From contig JAFSOD010000004.1 in NCBI GenBank assembly GCA_017447165.1, positions 179,267-243,266 of the forward strand: a stretch of DNA of 64,000 nucleotides. The letters run 5' to 3'. This document shows, one piece after another, positions 35,657-45,652 of the stretch. The notes beneath the pieces were generated by a model, which made no database searches, was not told the origin of the DNA, and saw nothing but the letters and a program-made list of their open reading frames with translations. Made by a program: the position numbers and the translations under genes. This DNA is from Bacilli bacterium (lineage in GTDB: Bacteria; Bacillota_I; Bacilli_A; RFN20; CAG-826). The stretch's first letter is position 1. Every line of letters begins with the position of its first letter.

Positions 35657-36277
35657 ATGTTTATCACATTAGAAGGACCTGAAGGTAGCGGAAAAACCAC
35701 CGCTGTTGAAGCTGCTGTTAAAGAACTTGAAGCCAGAGGCTATCAAATCGTTAGAACTAGAGAGCCAGGTGGCACTCCTATTGCCGAACAAATTCGAAAT
35801 GTTATCTTAGATAAAGAAAACACTAAGATGGATCCTAGAACTGAGGCTTTACTTTACGCTGCTAGTAGAAGACAACATTTAGTAGAAAAAGTGTGGCCAG
35901 CTTTAAAAGAAGGAAAAATCGTCATTTGTGATCGTTATTTAGATTCCTCTTTAGCCTATCAAGGTGGAGCTAGAGGTTTAGGCATTGATAACATTTTAAA
36001 TGTTAATATGTTCGCTACTGAAAATACCTTCCCAGATTTAACTTTGTTATTTGATATCACTCCAGAAGAAGGCTTAAAAAGAATTGCCGCTAATGCATCT
36101 AGAGAAGTTAACCGTTTAGATTTAGAAAAACTAGAATTCCACCACAAAGTTAGAAACACTTTCTTGGATTTAGCAAAGCGTTATCCAGAAAGATATGTCA
36201 TTATAGATGCTTCTAAGAGCAGAGAAGAAGTAGCTTTAGCTACTTTAGAAGCAATCTTATCGAGATTATGCAAATAG
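35657..36277 (+). CDS. tmk: thymidylate kinase
   Basis: 206 aa with FITLEGPEGSGKTT and the DRY motif CDRYLDSSLAYQG. Confidence 0.95.
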   Translation: MFITLEGPEGSGKTTAVEAAVKELEARGYQIVRTREPGGTPIAEQIRNVILDKENTKMDPRTEALLYAASRRQHLVEKVWPALKEGKIVICDRYLDSSLAYQGGARGLGIDNILNVNMFATENTFPDLTLLFDITPEEGLKRIAANASREVNRLDLEKLEFHHKVRNTFLDLAKRYPERYVIIDASKSREEVALATLEAILSRLCK

Positions 36278-37260
36278 ATAATTATCTAAAGAATAGACAA
36301 CCAATCATTTATCAAACATTTACAAATTCACTTAAGAATAAAAGTCTTTCTCATGCCTATTTATTAGTGGGTAATCCTGGCACTCCTTTATTAGAGACCG
36401 CCACATTCTTAGCAAAATCAATTTTATGCGATGATCCGAGTCCACTTGCGTGCTCTAACTGCATCACCTGTTTAAGAATTGAAAGCGATAACTATCCAGA
36501 TGTGATGATTTTAGATGGTAGTAAGGGCACTATCAAAAAAGAAGATGTCTTAAATATTGAATCTAGATTTGAAAAGACTGCTTTTGAAACAAAGGGCATT
36601 ATGATTTATGTTGTCCATTTAGTGGAGAATATGACTTTAGAGGCCGTTAACTCTATCCTTAAGTTTTTAGAAGAGCCAGAAGGAGAAGTATATGCCTTCT
36701 TAACCACTAACAATTTAAACAATGTGTTACCAACTATCATTTCTAGATGTCAAACTCTAAATCTAAAAAGTATTGATAGACAAACCATTATAGATGAGGC
36801 TATTGACTTATCAATAGAGCAAGAAGACGCTGAGCTATTATCTTATTTTTACAATGACAGTGAACTAATTTTTGATTTCTTGAAGGATAAAGAAGAAAGC
36901 GAAAATTATTTCATTTCTAAAAAAGCGATTAAAGGATTACTTGAAACTTTAGAAAATGGAAGTGATAAAGACGCTACATTCTATGTTCAAAAAGAAATCA
37001 TCCCTTTAATCAAAACAAAAGAAGAAATGAGATTCTTTGTAGACTTGCTAAGTGAAATCTTTGAGGATTTACTTAATCTTAAATGTAATAGAGATATCTA
37101 TTTAAAGAGTTATGCTACAATATTGTCTAGCTTAGTTAATAAGCTTCCACATATTGAACAATCTCTAGCGGAGATTTTAAAACAAAGAAATCTGGTGAAT
37201 ATGAATCTTAATATATCACTACAAATTGATCACATTATCTTATATATCGTAAAGGAATAA
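36268..37260 (+). CDS. holB: DNA polymerase III delta' subunit
   Basis: 330 aa. Degenerate Walker A LLVGNPGTPLLE and SRCQTLNLK. Synteny tmk-holB-ricT. Confidence 0.85.
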   Translation: MQIDNYLKNRQPIIYQTFTNSLKNKSLSHAYLLVGNPGTPLLETATFLAKSILCDDPSPLACSNCITCLRIESDNYPDVMILDGSKGTIKKEDVLNIESRFEKTAFETKGIMIYVVHLVENMTLEAVNSILKFLEEPEGEVYAFLTTNNLNNVLPTIISRCQTLNLKSIDRQTIIDEAIDLSIEQEDAELLSYFYNDSELIFDFLKDKEESENYFISKKAIKGLLETLENGSDKDATFYVQKEIIPLIKTKEEMRFFVDLLSEIFEDLLNLKCNRDIYLKSYATILSSLVNKLPHIEQSLAEILKQRNLVNMNLNISLQIDHIILYIVKE

Positions 37261-37265
37261 ACATT

Positions 37266-38117
37266 ATGGAAAATACATTCGATTGCTATGTTGGAATTAA
37301 GTTCGTTTATGCGAATCATTGTTACTTTTTTGGAGTTAAAAATTTAGACCTTAAAATTGGTGATAAAGTGGTTGTAGAGACTACCCACGGACCAGAGCTT
37401 GGAGAAGTCCAAGTTAAGCCTATTTCTATTGAAGAATATCACTCTCAATTAGAGCTTAAACCAGTATTACGAAAAGCTACTGATACAGACTTAAAATTAC
37501 ACGAAATTAATCTAAAAGATGCGGAAATTGCACTAGAAATTTGTAGAAATGAGGTAAAAAAGGCTAATTTGGACATGAATCCATTATCGTGTCAATACAC
37601 CCTAGATAAGAGCAAAGTTATCTTCACTTATGTCGCTGATGAAAGAGTGGATTTCCGTGAACTTTTAAAGGCTCTAGCAAGTCGACTTCATACCCGTATT
37701 GAACTACGTCAAATTGGTTCTAGAGACAAGGCAAAAATGATCGGTGGAATAGGCTTATGTGGGCTTCCACTTTGCTGTGCTAGCTTTACTACTGAATTTG
37801 ATAATATTTCCATCAACAGAGCAAAGAATCAAATGCTTGCAATAAACATTCCAAAACTCTCTGGTCAATGTGGTAAATTAATGTGCTGCTTAAAATATGA
37901 AGATGATGCCTACACTGACTTAAAGAAAGAATTCCCAGAACTAGGCGCCAAAGTCTTTATCGATAAAGTACAATATGAAGTTACAAGCATCAATGTTATC
38001 TCTAAAACTGTAAGAATTGATAACGAAGAAGACACTAAAGTGTTATCCTTAAAAGAATTCTTTGAACAAACCCATTATCGCTTAAGAAGAAACGACAATA
38101 AAAATGAAGAGAATTAA
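37266..38117 (+). CDS. ricT: PSP1-domain protein (YaaT/RicT-like)
   Basis: 283 aa. PSP1 core ...ELRQIGSRDKAKMIGGIGLCGLPLCC...GQCGKLMCCLKYE. Confidence 0.85.
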   Translation: MENTFDCYVGIKFVYANHCYFFGVKNLDLKIGDKVVVETTHGPELGEVQVKPISIEEYHSQLELKPVLRKATDTDLKLHEINLKDAEIALEICRNEVKKANLDMNPLSCQYTLDKSKVIFTYVADERVDFRELLKALASRLHTRIELRQIGSRDKAKMIGGIGLCGLPLCCASFTTEFDNISINRAKNQMLAINIPKLSGQCGKLMCCLKYEDDAYTDLKKEFPELGAKVFIDKVQYEVTSINVISKTVRIDNEEDTKVLSLKEFFEQTHYRLRRNDNKNEEN

Positions 38118-38946
38118 ATCTTTTGATAACTCTCATAATCTTTTATATTTAATCGCCACTCCTATAGGGAACTTGGGAGAGTTTTCTCCTCGTGCTCTTG
38201 AAGTGATAAATGAAATGGATTTAATTGCCGCGGAAGATACTAGAAATACTGGTGACCTCCTTCATAAGTTTAATATTAAAAAGCCACTAGTCTCTTTGAG
38301 AGAACATAACGAAGTTGAGGCTAGTTTAAATCTCATTAATCAAATAAAAGCTGGTAAAAAAATTGCCTATATGTCAGACGCCGGATATCCAGGAATCTCC
38401 GATCCAGGATATATCTTAACTAAACTTTGTTTAGAAAATGATATCGCAGTGTCCACTATTTCTGGTAGTTCTGCTTTTATTAACGCTTTAGTGAGATCAG
38501 GATTAGACACTACTCACTTCTATTTCCACGGCTTCTTATCTGCTAAAGAAAATGAAGCCAAAAAAGAATTGGAATCATTAAAAGTAAAATCTGAAACACT
38601 TATCTTCTATGAATCACCTCATAGAATAATGAAGACCTTAAAACTTCTTTTAGAAGTATTAGGGGATAGAAAAGTGTCTCTACAAAGAGAACTCACCAAA
38701 ATTAATGAAGAAAACATCATTGGCAATCTATCCGAATTAACAAGTTTAGAAGAATCCACCTTAAAAGGTGAAATGGTCATTATTGTTGAAGGAAATAAAG
38801 AAGAATCTGATTCTTTAAATGATGAGAAAGTTATTGAATTAGTTAATTCTTTAGTCACTAAAGGGTTAAGTAAAAAAGATGCGATTGATTTTGTTTCTGA
38901 TACCTTCAAAGTAAGAAAAAATCACATGAAAGATATTATTAAATAA
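38104..38946 (+). CDS. rsmI: 16S rRNA (cytidine1402-2'-O)-methyltransferase RsmI
   Basis: 280 aa with LYLIATPIGNLGEFSPRALEV...AAEDTRNTGDLL. Confidence 0.9.
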   Translation: MKRIKSFDNSHNLLYLIATPIGNLGEFSPRALEVINEMDLIAAEDTRNTGDLLHKFNIKKPLVSLREHNEVEASLNLINQIKAGKKIAYMSDAGYPGISDPGYILTKLCLENDIAVSTISGSSAFINALVRSGLDTTHFYFHGFLSAKENEAKKELESLKVKSETLIFYESPHRIMKTLKLLLEVLGDRKVSLQRELTKINEENIIGNLSELTSLEESTLKGEMVIIVEGNKEESDSLNDEKVIELVNSLVTKGLSKKDAIDFVSDTFKVRKNHMKDIIK

Positions 38947-39017
38947 TAATTATTCTTGAAATTAGCGAAAGTCTTTTCTATTATTGAAAAGATTTTTTGT
39001 AATTAGGAGGAATAATT

Positions 39018-40850
39018 ATGGAATTAAGGAACATCGCAATCATCGCTCACGTTGACCACGGGAAAACTACCTTAGTCGACCAACTTTTAAAATCCTCCGA
39101 AACATTTAGAAGTAATGAAGAATTATCTGATAGAGCGATGGACTCTAACGATATTGAAAGAGAAAGAGGTATTACCATTTTAGCAAAGACCACCTCTATT
39201 GTTTATAAAGGCACTAAGATTAATATTTTAGACACTCCAGGTCACGCTGATTTTGGCGGTGAAGTTGAACGTATTATGAATATGGTCGATGGCTGTTTAC
39301 TTTTAGTCGATGCTTTTGAAGGTACCATGCCTCAAACCAGATTCGTTTTAAAGAAAGCATTAGAAGCCCATGTAAAACCTATCGTTGTTATTAACAAAAT
39401 CGATAGAGCAAACATCAATATCGAACAAACCTTAGATGAAGTTTTAACTTTATTTATTGAATTAGGCGCTCCCGATGAATTCTTAGAATTCAAAACTGTC
39501 TATGCTTCTGCTTTAAAAGGTACAAGTTCTTTAGATAGTGATCCTGCTAGCCAAGTCGAAGGTATGGATGCAGTACTTCAAACTATTATTGATGAAATCC
39601 CTGCTCCTAAAACTGATGCTAATGGGCCACTTCAAATGCAAGTTGCTTTACTCGACTATAACGACTTTGTTGGCAGAATTGGTATTGGCACTATTAAAAG
39701 GGGCACTATCCACGTTAATGATAACTGCACAGTATCTAGATTAGATGGCAGCACTACTAACTTTAGAGTATTAAAACTCTTTGGCTTTCAAGGATTAAAA
39801 AGATTAGAAGTTAATGAAGCAAGCGCTGGAGATATTGTCGCTGTAGCGGGACTTGCGGATATTAACGTTGGAGAAACTATTTGTGCATTCAACAATGTTG
39901 ATCCACTTCCACTTATTAGACTTGATGAGCCAACCTTACAAATGACATTCGGTACAAACTCATCTCCTTTTTCCGGAAAAGATGGAAAACTATTAACCGC
40001 GAGAAAAATTGAAGAAAGATTATATAGAGAAACACAAAGAGACGTCGCTTTAAGAGTGGAAAGAATTCCAAATACCGAATCTTGGATTGTTTCTGGTAGA
40101 GGCGAACTCCATCTTTCTATTTTAATAGAAAATATGAGAAGAGAGGGTTTTGAACTCGAAGTCAGTAAGCCTCAAGTCATTATCAAAGAAATAAACGGGG
40201 TGAAATGTGAACCATATGAAGACTTATTAATTGATGTCCCTAATGAATATGTTGGAGATATCATGACCACGATCGGAGAAAGAAGTGGTGAATTAGTGAA
40301 TATGGACGCGAAAGAAACAGTCACTATCTTAAGATATGTTATCCCTTCAAGAGGTTTATTAGGTTATATGACTAACTTTATGACCTTAACTAAAGGGTAC
40401 GGCATTCTCTCTCACACTTATAAAGAATATAGACCAGTACAAACCTCCTCTATTGGAGAAAGAAATATCGGTGTATTAGTTTCTGTAGAAGCTGGACAAG
40501 CCACTCCATACGCCATTGAGCATACCGAAGAAAGAGGAACAATGTTCATTCTTCCTGGAACTGAAGTTTATGAAGGTATGATTGTGGGTGAACATCGTTA
40601 TGACTTTGATTTAGCGGTCAACGTCACTCAAAAGAAAAATCTCACTAATGTTAGAAGCTCTAATAAAGACAATACAGTGGTCTTAAAGTCCCCAAGAAAG
40701 ATGTCTTTAGAAGCTTGTCTAGACTACATCAATAGTGATGAGCTCGTTGAGATTACTCCTACTACATTTCGTATGCGTAAAAAGATCTTAAATACTGCAG
40801 AAAGAAAGAAGTATGAAGCTCACGTAAAAAGAGCACAAGAAAACGAATAG
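39018..40850 (+). CDS. typA: translational GTPase TypA/BipA
   Basis: 610 aa with AHVDHGKTT, DTPGHADFGGEVER and NKIDR. Confidence 0.95.
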   Translation: MELRNIAIIAHVDHGKTTLVDQLLKSSETFRSNEELSDRAMDSNDIERERGITILAKTTSIVYKGTKINILDTPGHADFGGEVERIMNMVDGCLLLVDAFEGTMPQTRFVLKKALEAHVKPIVVINKIDRANINIEQTLDEVLTLFIELGAPDEFLEFKTVYASALKGTSSLDSDPASQVEGMDAVLQTIIDEIPAPKTDANGPLQMQVALLDYNDFVGRIGIGTIKRGTIHVNDNCTVSRLDGSTTNFRVLKLFGFQGLKRLEVNEASAGDIVAVAGLADINVGETICAFNNVDPLPLIRLDEPTLQMTFGTNSSPFSGKDGKLLTARKIEERLYRETQRDVALRVERIPNTESWIVSGRGELHLSILIENMRREGFELEVSKPQVIIKEINGVKCEPYEDLLIDVPNEYVGDIMTTIGERSGELVNMDAKETVTILRYVIPSRGLLGYMTNFMTLTKGYGILSHTYKEYRPVQTSSIGERNIGVLVSVEAGQATPYAIEHTEERGTMFILPGTEVYEGMIVGEHRYDFDLAVNVTQKKNLTNVRSSNKDNTVVLKSPRKMSLEACLDYINSDELVEITPTTFRMRKKILNTAERKKYEAHVKRAQENE

Positions 40851-40854
40851 AAAT

Positions 40855-40885
40855 GAAAAAGAGACGCAGCACTGCGTCTCTTTTA
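40855..40885. terminator. bidirectional terminator between typA and the convergent DUF2188-like gene
   Basis: aaaaagagacgcagcactgcgtctctttt: 9-bp GC-rich stem. Confidence 0.7.
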
Positions 40886-40900
40886 ATATTTTAGGCTTAT

Positions 40901-41293
40901 TTATTTCTTGCTTTTAATACGGCCTTTATTTGCCCCTTTGGAGTTATGAACTAACATACTGCCACCTTGGTTTTTAGCCATGACTTTGGAGTATTCAAGG
41001 GCTTCTTTTTGGGTGTCAAATAATTTAATAGCCTTTTGTCCGCCAGCAAACTTCACTTCCCATTTGCCATCACTTCTTTTAACGACGTGATAGGTTCTAG
41101 TTGCTTCTTTCTTTGCTGGTTCAGCTTTCTTAGCAGGTGCCTTTTTAACCGGCTCTTTTTTGGCTGGTGCTTTTTTAGCAGGAGCTTTCTTTGGAGCTTC
41201 TTTCTTTTTAGCAGCTTCTTTTTTCTTATCAGGTACTGCTTGTTTCACCGCTGGTTTCTTTTCTGGTTTAGCTTTTTTACTAAATAATCCCAT
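40901..41293 (-). CDS. DUF2188-like small protein with histone-H1-like AKKP repeat N-terminus
   Basis: 130 aa. N-terminal half is KKxAPAKK repeats. C-terminal YHVVKRSDGKWEVKFAGGQKAIKLFDTQKEALEYS resembles DUF2188. Confidence 0.65.
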   Translation of the reverse strand: MGLFSKKAKPEKKPAVKQAVPDKKKEAAKKKEAPKKAPAKKAPAKKEPVKKAPAKKAEPAKKEATRTYHVVKRSDGKWEVKFAGGQKAIKLFDTQKEALEYSKVMAKNQGGSMLVHNSKGANKGRIKSKK

Positions 41294-41316
41294 AATAGTT
41301 TTTCTCCTTAATGAAT

Positions 41317-43011
41317 TTATTTACTAAACTTTCGTTTAATTAATAATAATCCAATTCCGAGCACACTTAAAGTACTTAAAATAATACTGGTAGCTTCTAC
41401 ACTACCTCCACAGCCTCCTCCAGCAGGTTGAGGAGCGACAACTTTTACTTTACAAGTTGCGGTAAGTCCACCATCTACTGTTTTTACAGTAATTGTAGCT
41501 TCACCTACACTTTTCGCACTTACTAAACCTAGGAATGAAACAGTAGCAACACTTTCATTACTTGATGACCACACTACTTCTTTATTATCTGCGTTTTCAG
41601 GTAATATAGTGGCTGTTAGTCGAACTTGTTCATTGAGCTTTAGTTCTAAGGTTTCTTTATCTAAAGAAATAGAAACAACATGAATCACTGGATCACTAAC
41701 TACAATATTATATGAAGCAGTTTTAGTAATCTCGTCTTCTGTATATGAAATATTAACTTTTTTAGTACCGGTAGAAGTCATGTCTGGCTCAGTTAAAGTA
41801 TATACTGTGTTAGATAATATTTTACTATCCCCAATAGTATAATTAGCAGTAACCACTAATCCTTCACTAGTGAAGGTATCGCCTAATTCAAAATTAGTTT
41901 TATAGCTTCCAGATAAGGTAATAGAAGATAATTCTTTAACTGGTTTAGCGTTAACAGTTACTTCACAAGTTGCGGAATAAATTTCATCATCAATAACTGC
42001 GGTTGCAGTAAGAGACGCATTCCCTTCTTGTAAAGCAGTAATAATAATCGGAGAATCTGACCTAGATGTTGTGGCGCTTAAACTTATCACATCCGGATTA
42101 TTATTCTCCCATGTAATAGAAGAACCATCAGAACTTGTCGCGGAAATAGTAGCTTCTGAGTCGACTTCTAAAGAAAGGGATTCATCCGAAATGGTAATGC
42201 CTTTAACAACTTCTCCACAAATTTGTTTTGTGGTTGCACTTTCATTACCCCAGATACGACACGCATATTCTGGATGGTCTACGAATGGATTTCTATTATG
42301 CTGATTACTATAAACAACATCATTTCTTCTCATATCATTAGAGTCTGGTTGATATTCTAAATGCCATCTAAGCATTGTTTCGATACTCTCAAAATTATCT
42401 TCTGGATCATAACCATACATTGCAGCCGCATACATTGTGGTTCTAGCAACAATTCCTCTTGCGACATTATGAGGGTCAAATAAATCTGATGTCTTTCTAC
42501 ATGTTGTTGGTTTTCCGTTATAGTCATTTACAACACTACCACCGGTAACAACACCCATTTTTATATTACTTCTTGCACCATTAACTTTGTTATCACTAGC
42601 GAAAATAATATGATTATCTTTTTCGGCTTTTGGATTAGATAACTTACTAGCAGGGAATGTATGTTCTCTATTCCAGCCAATACTTCCATGAACATGTTCG
42701 GTCTTTTTCACAGAATTTCTGGCATATATCAAAATCACGTTTGAAGAATTATTAGGATCCTCATCGGCAGCTTCGTATCTGGACCAATCATAATCGACAG
42801 ATACTCCACTTGAGTTGATAATAGACTTTAACTTGTTTAAAAGAGTATTACCAGTCATTGAATCATCAATTGAAGCATAATAATTCTCTGGAGCGTCCGC
42901 TAGAACAGGTGTAGATGTCTTTGCTTGTTTAAAAGAAAACGAACTAACAACCCCACCAATAGCAAAAGCACATAACAGCGATAAAGAAATAAATTTCTTA
43001 GATTTCATCAC
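41317..43011 (-). CDS. cell-surface endonuclease I-family DNase with Ig-like domains and a C-terminal membrane anchor
   Basis: 564 aa with a signal peptide. Endonuclease I motifs NREHTFPAS, DNKVNGARSN, ARGIVARTTMY and HNRNPFVDHPEYA. Three Ig-like modules. Ends GGGCGGS plus a hydrophobic helix plus KRKFSK. Confidence 0.8.
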   Translation of the reverse strand: MMKSKKFISLSLLCAFAIGGVVSSFSFKQAKTSTPVLADAPENYYASIDDSMTGNTLLNKLKSIINSSGVSVDYDWSRYEAADEDPNNSSNVILIYARNSVKKTEHVHGSIGWNREHTFPASKLSNPKAEKDNHIIFASDNKVNGARSNIKMGVVTGGSVVNDYNGKPTTCRKTSDLFDPHNVARGIVARTTMYAAAMYGYDPEDNFESIETMLRWHLEYQPDSNDMRRNDVVYSNQHNRNPFVDHPEYACRIWGNESATTKQICGEVVKGITISDESLSLEVDSEATISATSSDGSSITWENNNPDVISLSATTSRSDSPIIITALQEGNASLTATAVIDDEIYSATCEVTVNAKPVKELSSITLSGSYKTNFELGDTFTSEGLVVTANYTIGDSKILSNTVYTLTEPDMTSTGTKKVNISYTEDEITKTASYNIVVSDPVIHVVSISLDKETLELKLNEQVRLTATILPENADNKEVVWSSSNESVATVSFLGLVSAKSVGEATITVKTVDGGLTATCKVKVVAPQPAGGGCGGSVEATSIILSTLSVLGIGLLLIKRKFSK

Positions 43012-43082
43012 TAATATTATAGACCTTTAAAAATATATGAAAAGGAGTGATTTTCTTCACTCCTTGTAAGTTATGTTAATAA

Positions 43083-45638
43083 TTATGCTGTTGCTAAATT
43101 AAAGACTGTTGGTGTAGTTGCCTTTTTAACAACTTGAGCGCCTGCTTCATAGGTTACAGTTAATAAGTTAGCAGCAACAGAGCCTTGGTAAAGACTGATA
43201 TTAATTGATTGATAATCTAAATAGCCATCAGCGAAGATTCTATAACCGTTTGCGAATTTAGACATATTAACGTCTGTGTCATAACTAGAGAACGTTGCTT
43301 TTAAAATGTTTTCAACAATTGTGTAAGTGAAGTGAACAACATATGGTCCAACTGCTTGAGTATAGTACACTCTTTCATAATATCCAGTTCCATCATCACC
43401 AAATACAAATCTATACTTTTGGACAACATTTCCACTTGTTCCATAAATATTACATTCATATGGGGTATTAGTTACTACTGATGTAGCAGGAACGCTACCA
43501 CTAACGGTAATGTTGTATGATGTGGTTTTAGTCACTCCGCTCTTGGTATAAGAAATAGTAACTGTATATTCACCTTCAATAGCCATATTATAGCCACTAA
43601 AAGTTAATTTACTAGCAGGAACTTCTTCATATTCGCTTGGGGTGCCTCCGCCAATAGAATAGAAGGCATAAACAGTTGGAGGTTCAAGAGTTTCATTAAG
43701 TTTATATTCAGTTTTTGGAGTTCCTTGGACGCTAATATGATCTAATACTTTAGGAGCGCCAGAAGTAGTCACTGTAATAGTGATATTCATCTCAGGCATT
43801 GTGAAGAAATAAACACCAAAACTATCCTTACTAATTTTAATTGAACTATCTTCAACAACATATGGTGTGCCAGCGGTCACTCCATCCACAGTAGCGATTG
43901 TGAACATAAATGGATCTTCGGCAGTGCATGGGTTTTCACTAGCAGCGTGTTTAGTAAATGTCACATATTGGACTTCCGCGAATGTCACAGTGTATTTCCC
44001 TAAGGCTGTAATTGAAGCGGAGAAAGTGACGTCTTTAGCAGGCATTGTAAATCTATAACCATTAGAAACGTCTGGGTTAATAGAGACGACAATAGAACTA
44101 TCTTCCACGATAAATGGAAGACCATTTAATTTATATCCACTATTAGGGGAAACAATAATTGTGACTAAAGAACCAGTTTGAACATTATTTAAATCAAGTG
44201 ATCCTGTTGCTTCAGCAATATAGGCATTAGAAACATCATCAATTGTTAATTTATAGGTTTCAGAAGCTACTTCAGTAACATTAGCACTGATAGCAACATC
44301 CTTTTCAGGCATAACAAATGAATAAACTGTTCCAGAAACTTGACTCACTGGAGTGGAATCGTTCACTAAGAATGGGGTACCCACTAATTGATAGCCTTCA
44401 TCAACTCTAATATAGAATTTAACAGAACTTCCTGGAGCGTATTGAGATTCACTAGTTCCTGAAAAATTCATAGTGGCATGAGCGACATTAGCAAAGCTAA
44501 CTGTGTATTTAGTAGTTGAAGATGATTTCACATTAACAGAGAAAGTGATGTCTTTAGCAGGCATCACAAATACCCAACCATTTTGAGCGGTATCACTCTT
44601 AGTAACTATAATAGAGGCATCACCAACGATAAATGGTTTACCATCAAGTTCATACCCAGCTTCAGGAGTAACAACGATAACTACAACTTGGTTTTCCACT
44701 AAATGGTCTAAATCTTCAACGGAATAATGTTTACTTAATGTGACGTGAGCGACATTATCTAAAGTACATTTATAAGTATCGGCTTGTCTTTCTACTATAG
44801 TTGCACTAATAGAGACATTTTTAGATGGCATAGTGAAACTATAAACATCATTTTTATTCTTAGAGATTGTAATAGAGCTATCGCCAACAATAAATGGAAG
44901 TCCACTTAATTCATAACCGTCATCTATAACAACTATAAACTCCACTGTTGTGCCTGGATAATTAGATTCTTTACTAGTTCCAGAGTATTCAAATCTAGCG
45001 TGTTCTACACTAGCAAATGTTGCGTTATATTTTTCTCCGTGTTCTCTAGCGCCTAAATAAACTGTTAAGTTACTCTTTGGCATTACAAAGGAGAATTCAC
45101 TTTCAGTGAGATCATATTCTTCAAATTGGTCGTAGAAAGAATCATCCACATTAGGTCCGGTAACAAAGAAACCTGTGTAATCGTATTCTTCTTTAACAGA
45201 GACTTTAATAGACACAGTAGCGCCATTTTTCGCACTACTAGGTAAAGTAGAATTAACTAAATCTAAAGCACTTAAATCTTGAGAGTTATTCACTAAATAT
45301 TGAATGGAATAATCTCTAACATCATCTTTGATTTTAACTGTAAAAGAAGTTGTCTTTTCTTTATAAGTGACTGTGATAGGTAAGGATTCTCTAACTACTG
45401 ATGAATCAAACCCGCTTAAAGAGTAGTCACTAACCACTTTATAAGTGCTATCATCATAGAAGGCGGTAACTTCTAAACCAGAGGCATCAAATTCTTCTCC
45501 GATAACATATTCCGTTTTGCTCGGTAAATGAGTAACGGCAATATAATCTAAATTAGGATCTTGAGGAGCATCTCCTCCGCAGCTGGTGATCGCTAAAACT
45601 GATAGTAGTGATGTAAATACTAGTGTTCTTAGTTTCAT
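43083..45638 (-). CDS. lipoprotein with Ig-like end modules and six tandem ~85-90-aa internal repeats
   Basis: Lipobox LAITSCGG. I prefer the start MKLRTLVF at 45638 (SD gggggg). Repeats follow the pattern Y(K/S)xT...V...GY(E/Q/K)L.G.PF(I/L)V.D.S......Y.F.MP.K(D/N)V. Confidence 0.7.
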   Translation of the reverse strand: MKLRTLVFTSLLSVLAITSCGGDAPQDPNLDYIAVTHLPSKTEYVIGEEFDASGLEVTAFYDDSTYKVVSDYSLSGFDSSVVRESLPITVTYKEKTTSFTVKIKDDVRDYSIQYLVNNSQDLSALDLVNSTLPSSAKNGATVSIKVSVKEEYDYTGFFVTGPNVDDSFYDQFEEYDLTESEFSFVMPKSNLTVYLGAREHGEKYNATFASVEHARFEYSGTSKESNYPGTTVEFIVVIDDGYELSGLPFIVGDSSITISKNKNDVYSFTMPSKNVSISATIVERQADTYKCTLDNVAHVTLSKHYSVEDLDHLVENQVVVIVVTPEAGYELDGKPFIVGDASIIVTKSDTAQNGWVFVMPAKDITFSVNVKSSSTTKYTVSFANVAHATMNFSGTSESQYAPGSSVKFYIRVDEGYQLVGTPFLVNDSTPVSQVSGTVYSFVMPEKDVAISANVTEVASETYKLTIDDVSNAYIAEATGSLDLNNVQTGSLVTIIVSPNSGYKLNGLPFIVEDSSIVVSINPDVSNGYRFTMPAKDVTFSASITALGKYTVTFAEVQYVTFTKHAASENPCTAEDPFMFTIATVDGVTAGTPYVVEDSSIKISKDSFGVYFFTMPEMNITITVTTSGAPKVLDHISVQGTPKTEYKLNETLEPPTVYAFYSIGGGTPSEYEEVPASKLTFSGYNMAIEGEYTVTISYTKSGVTKTTSYNITVSGSVPATSVVTNTPYECNIYGTSGNVVQKYRFVFGDDGTGYYERVYYTQAVGPYVVHFTYTIVENILKATFSSYDTDVNMSKFANGYRIFADGYLDYQSINISLYQGSVAANLLTVTYEAGAQVVKKATTPTVFNLATA

Positions 45639-45652
45639 ATAGGTCCCCCCCT

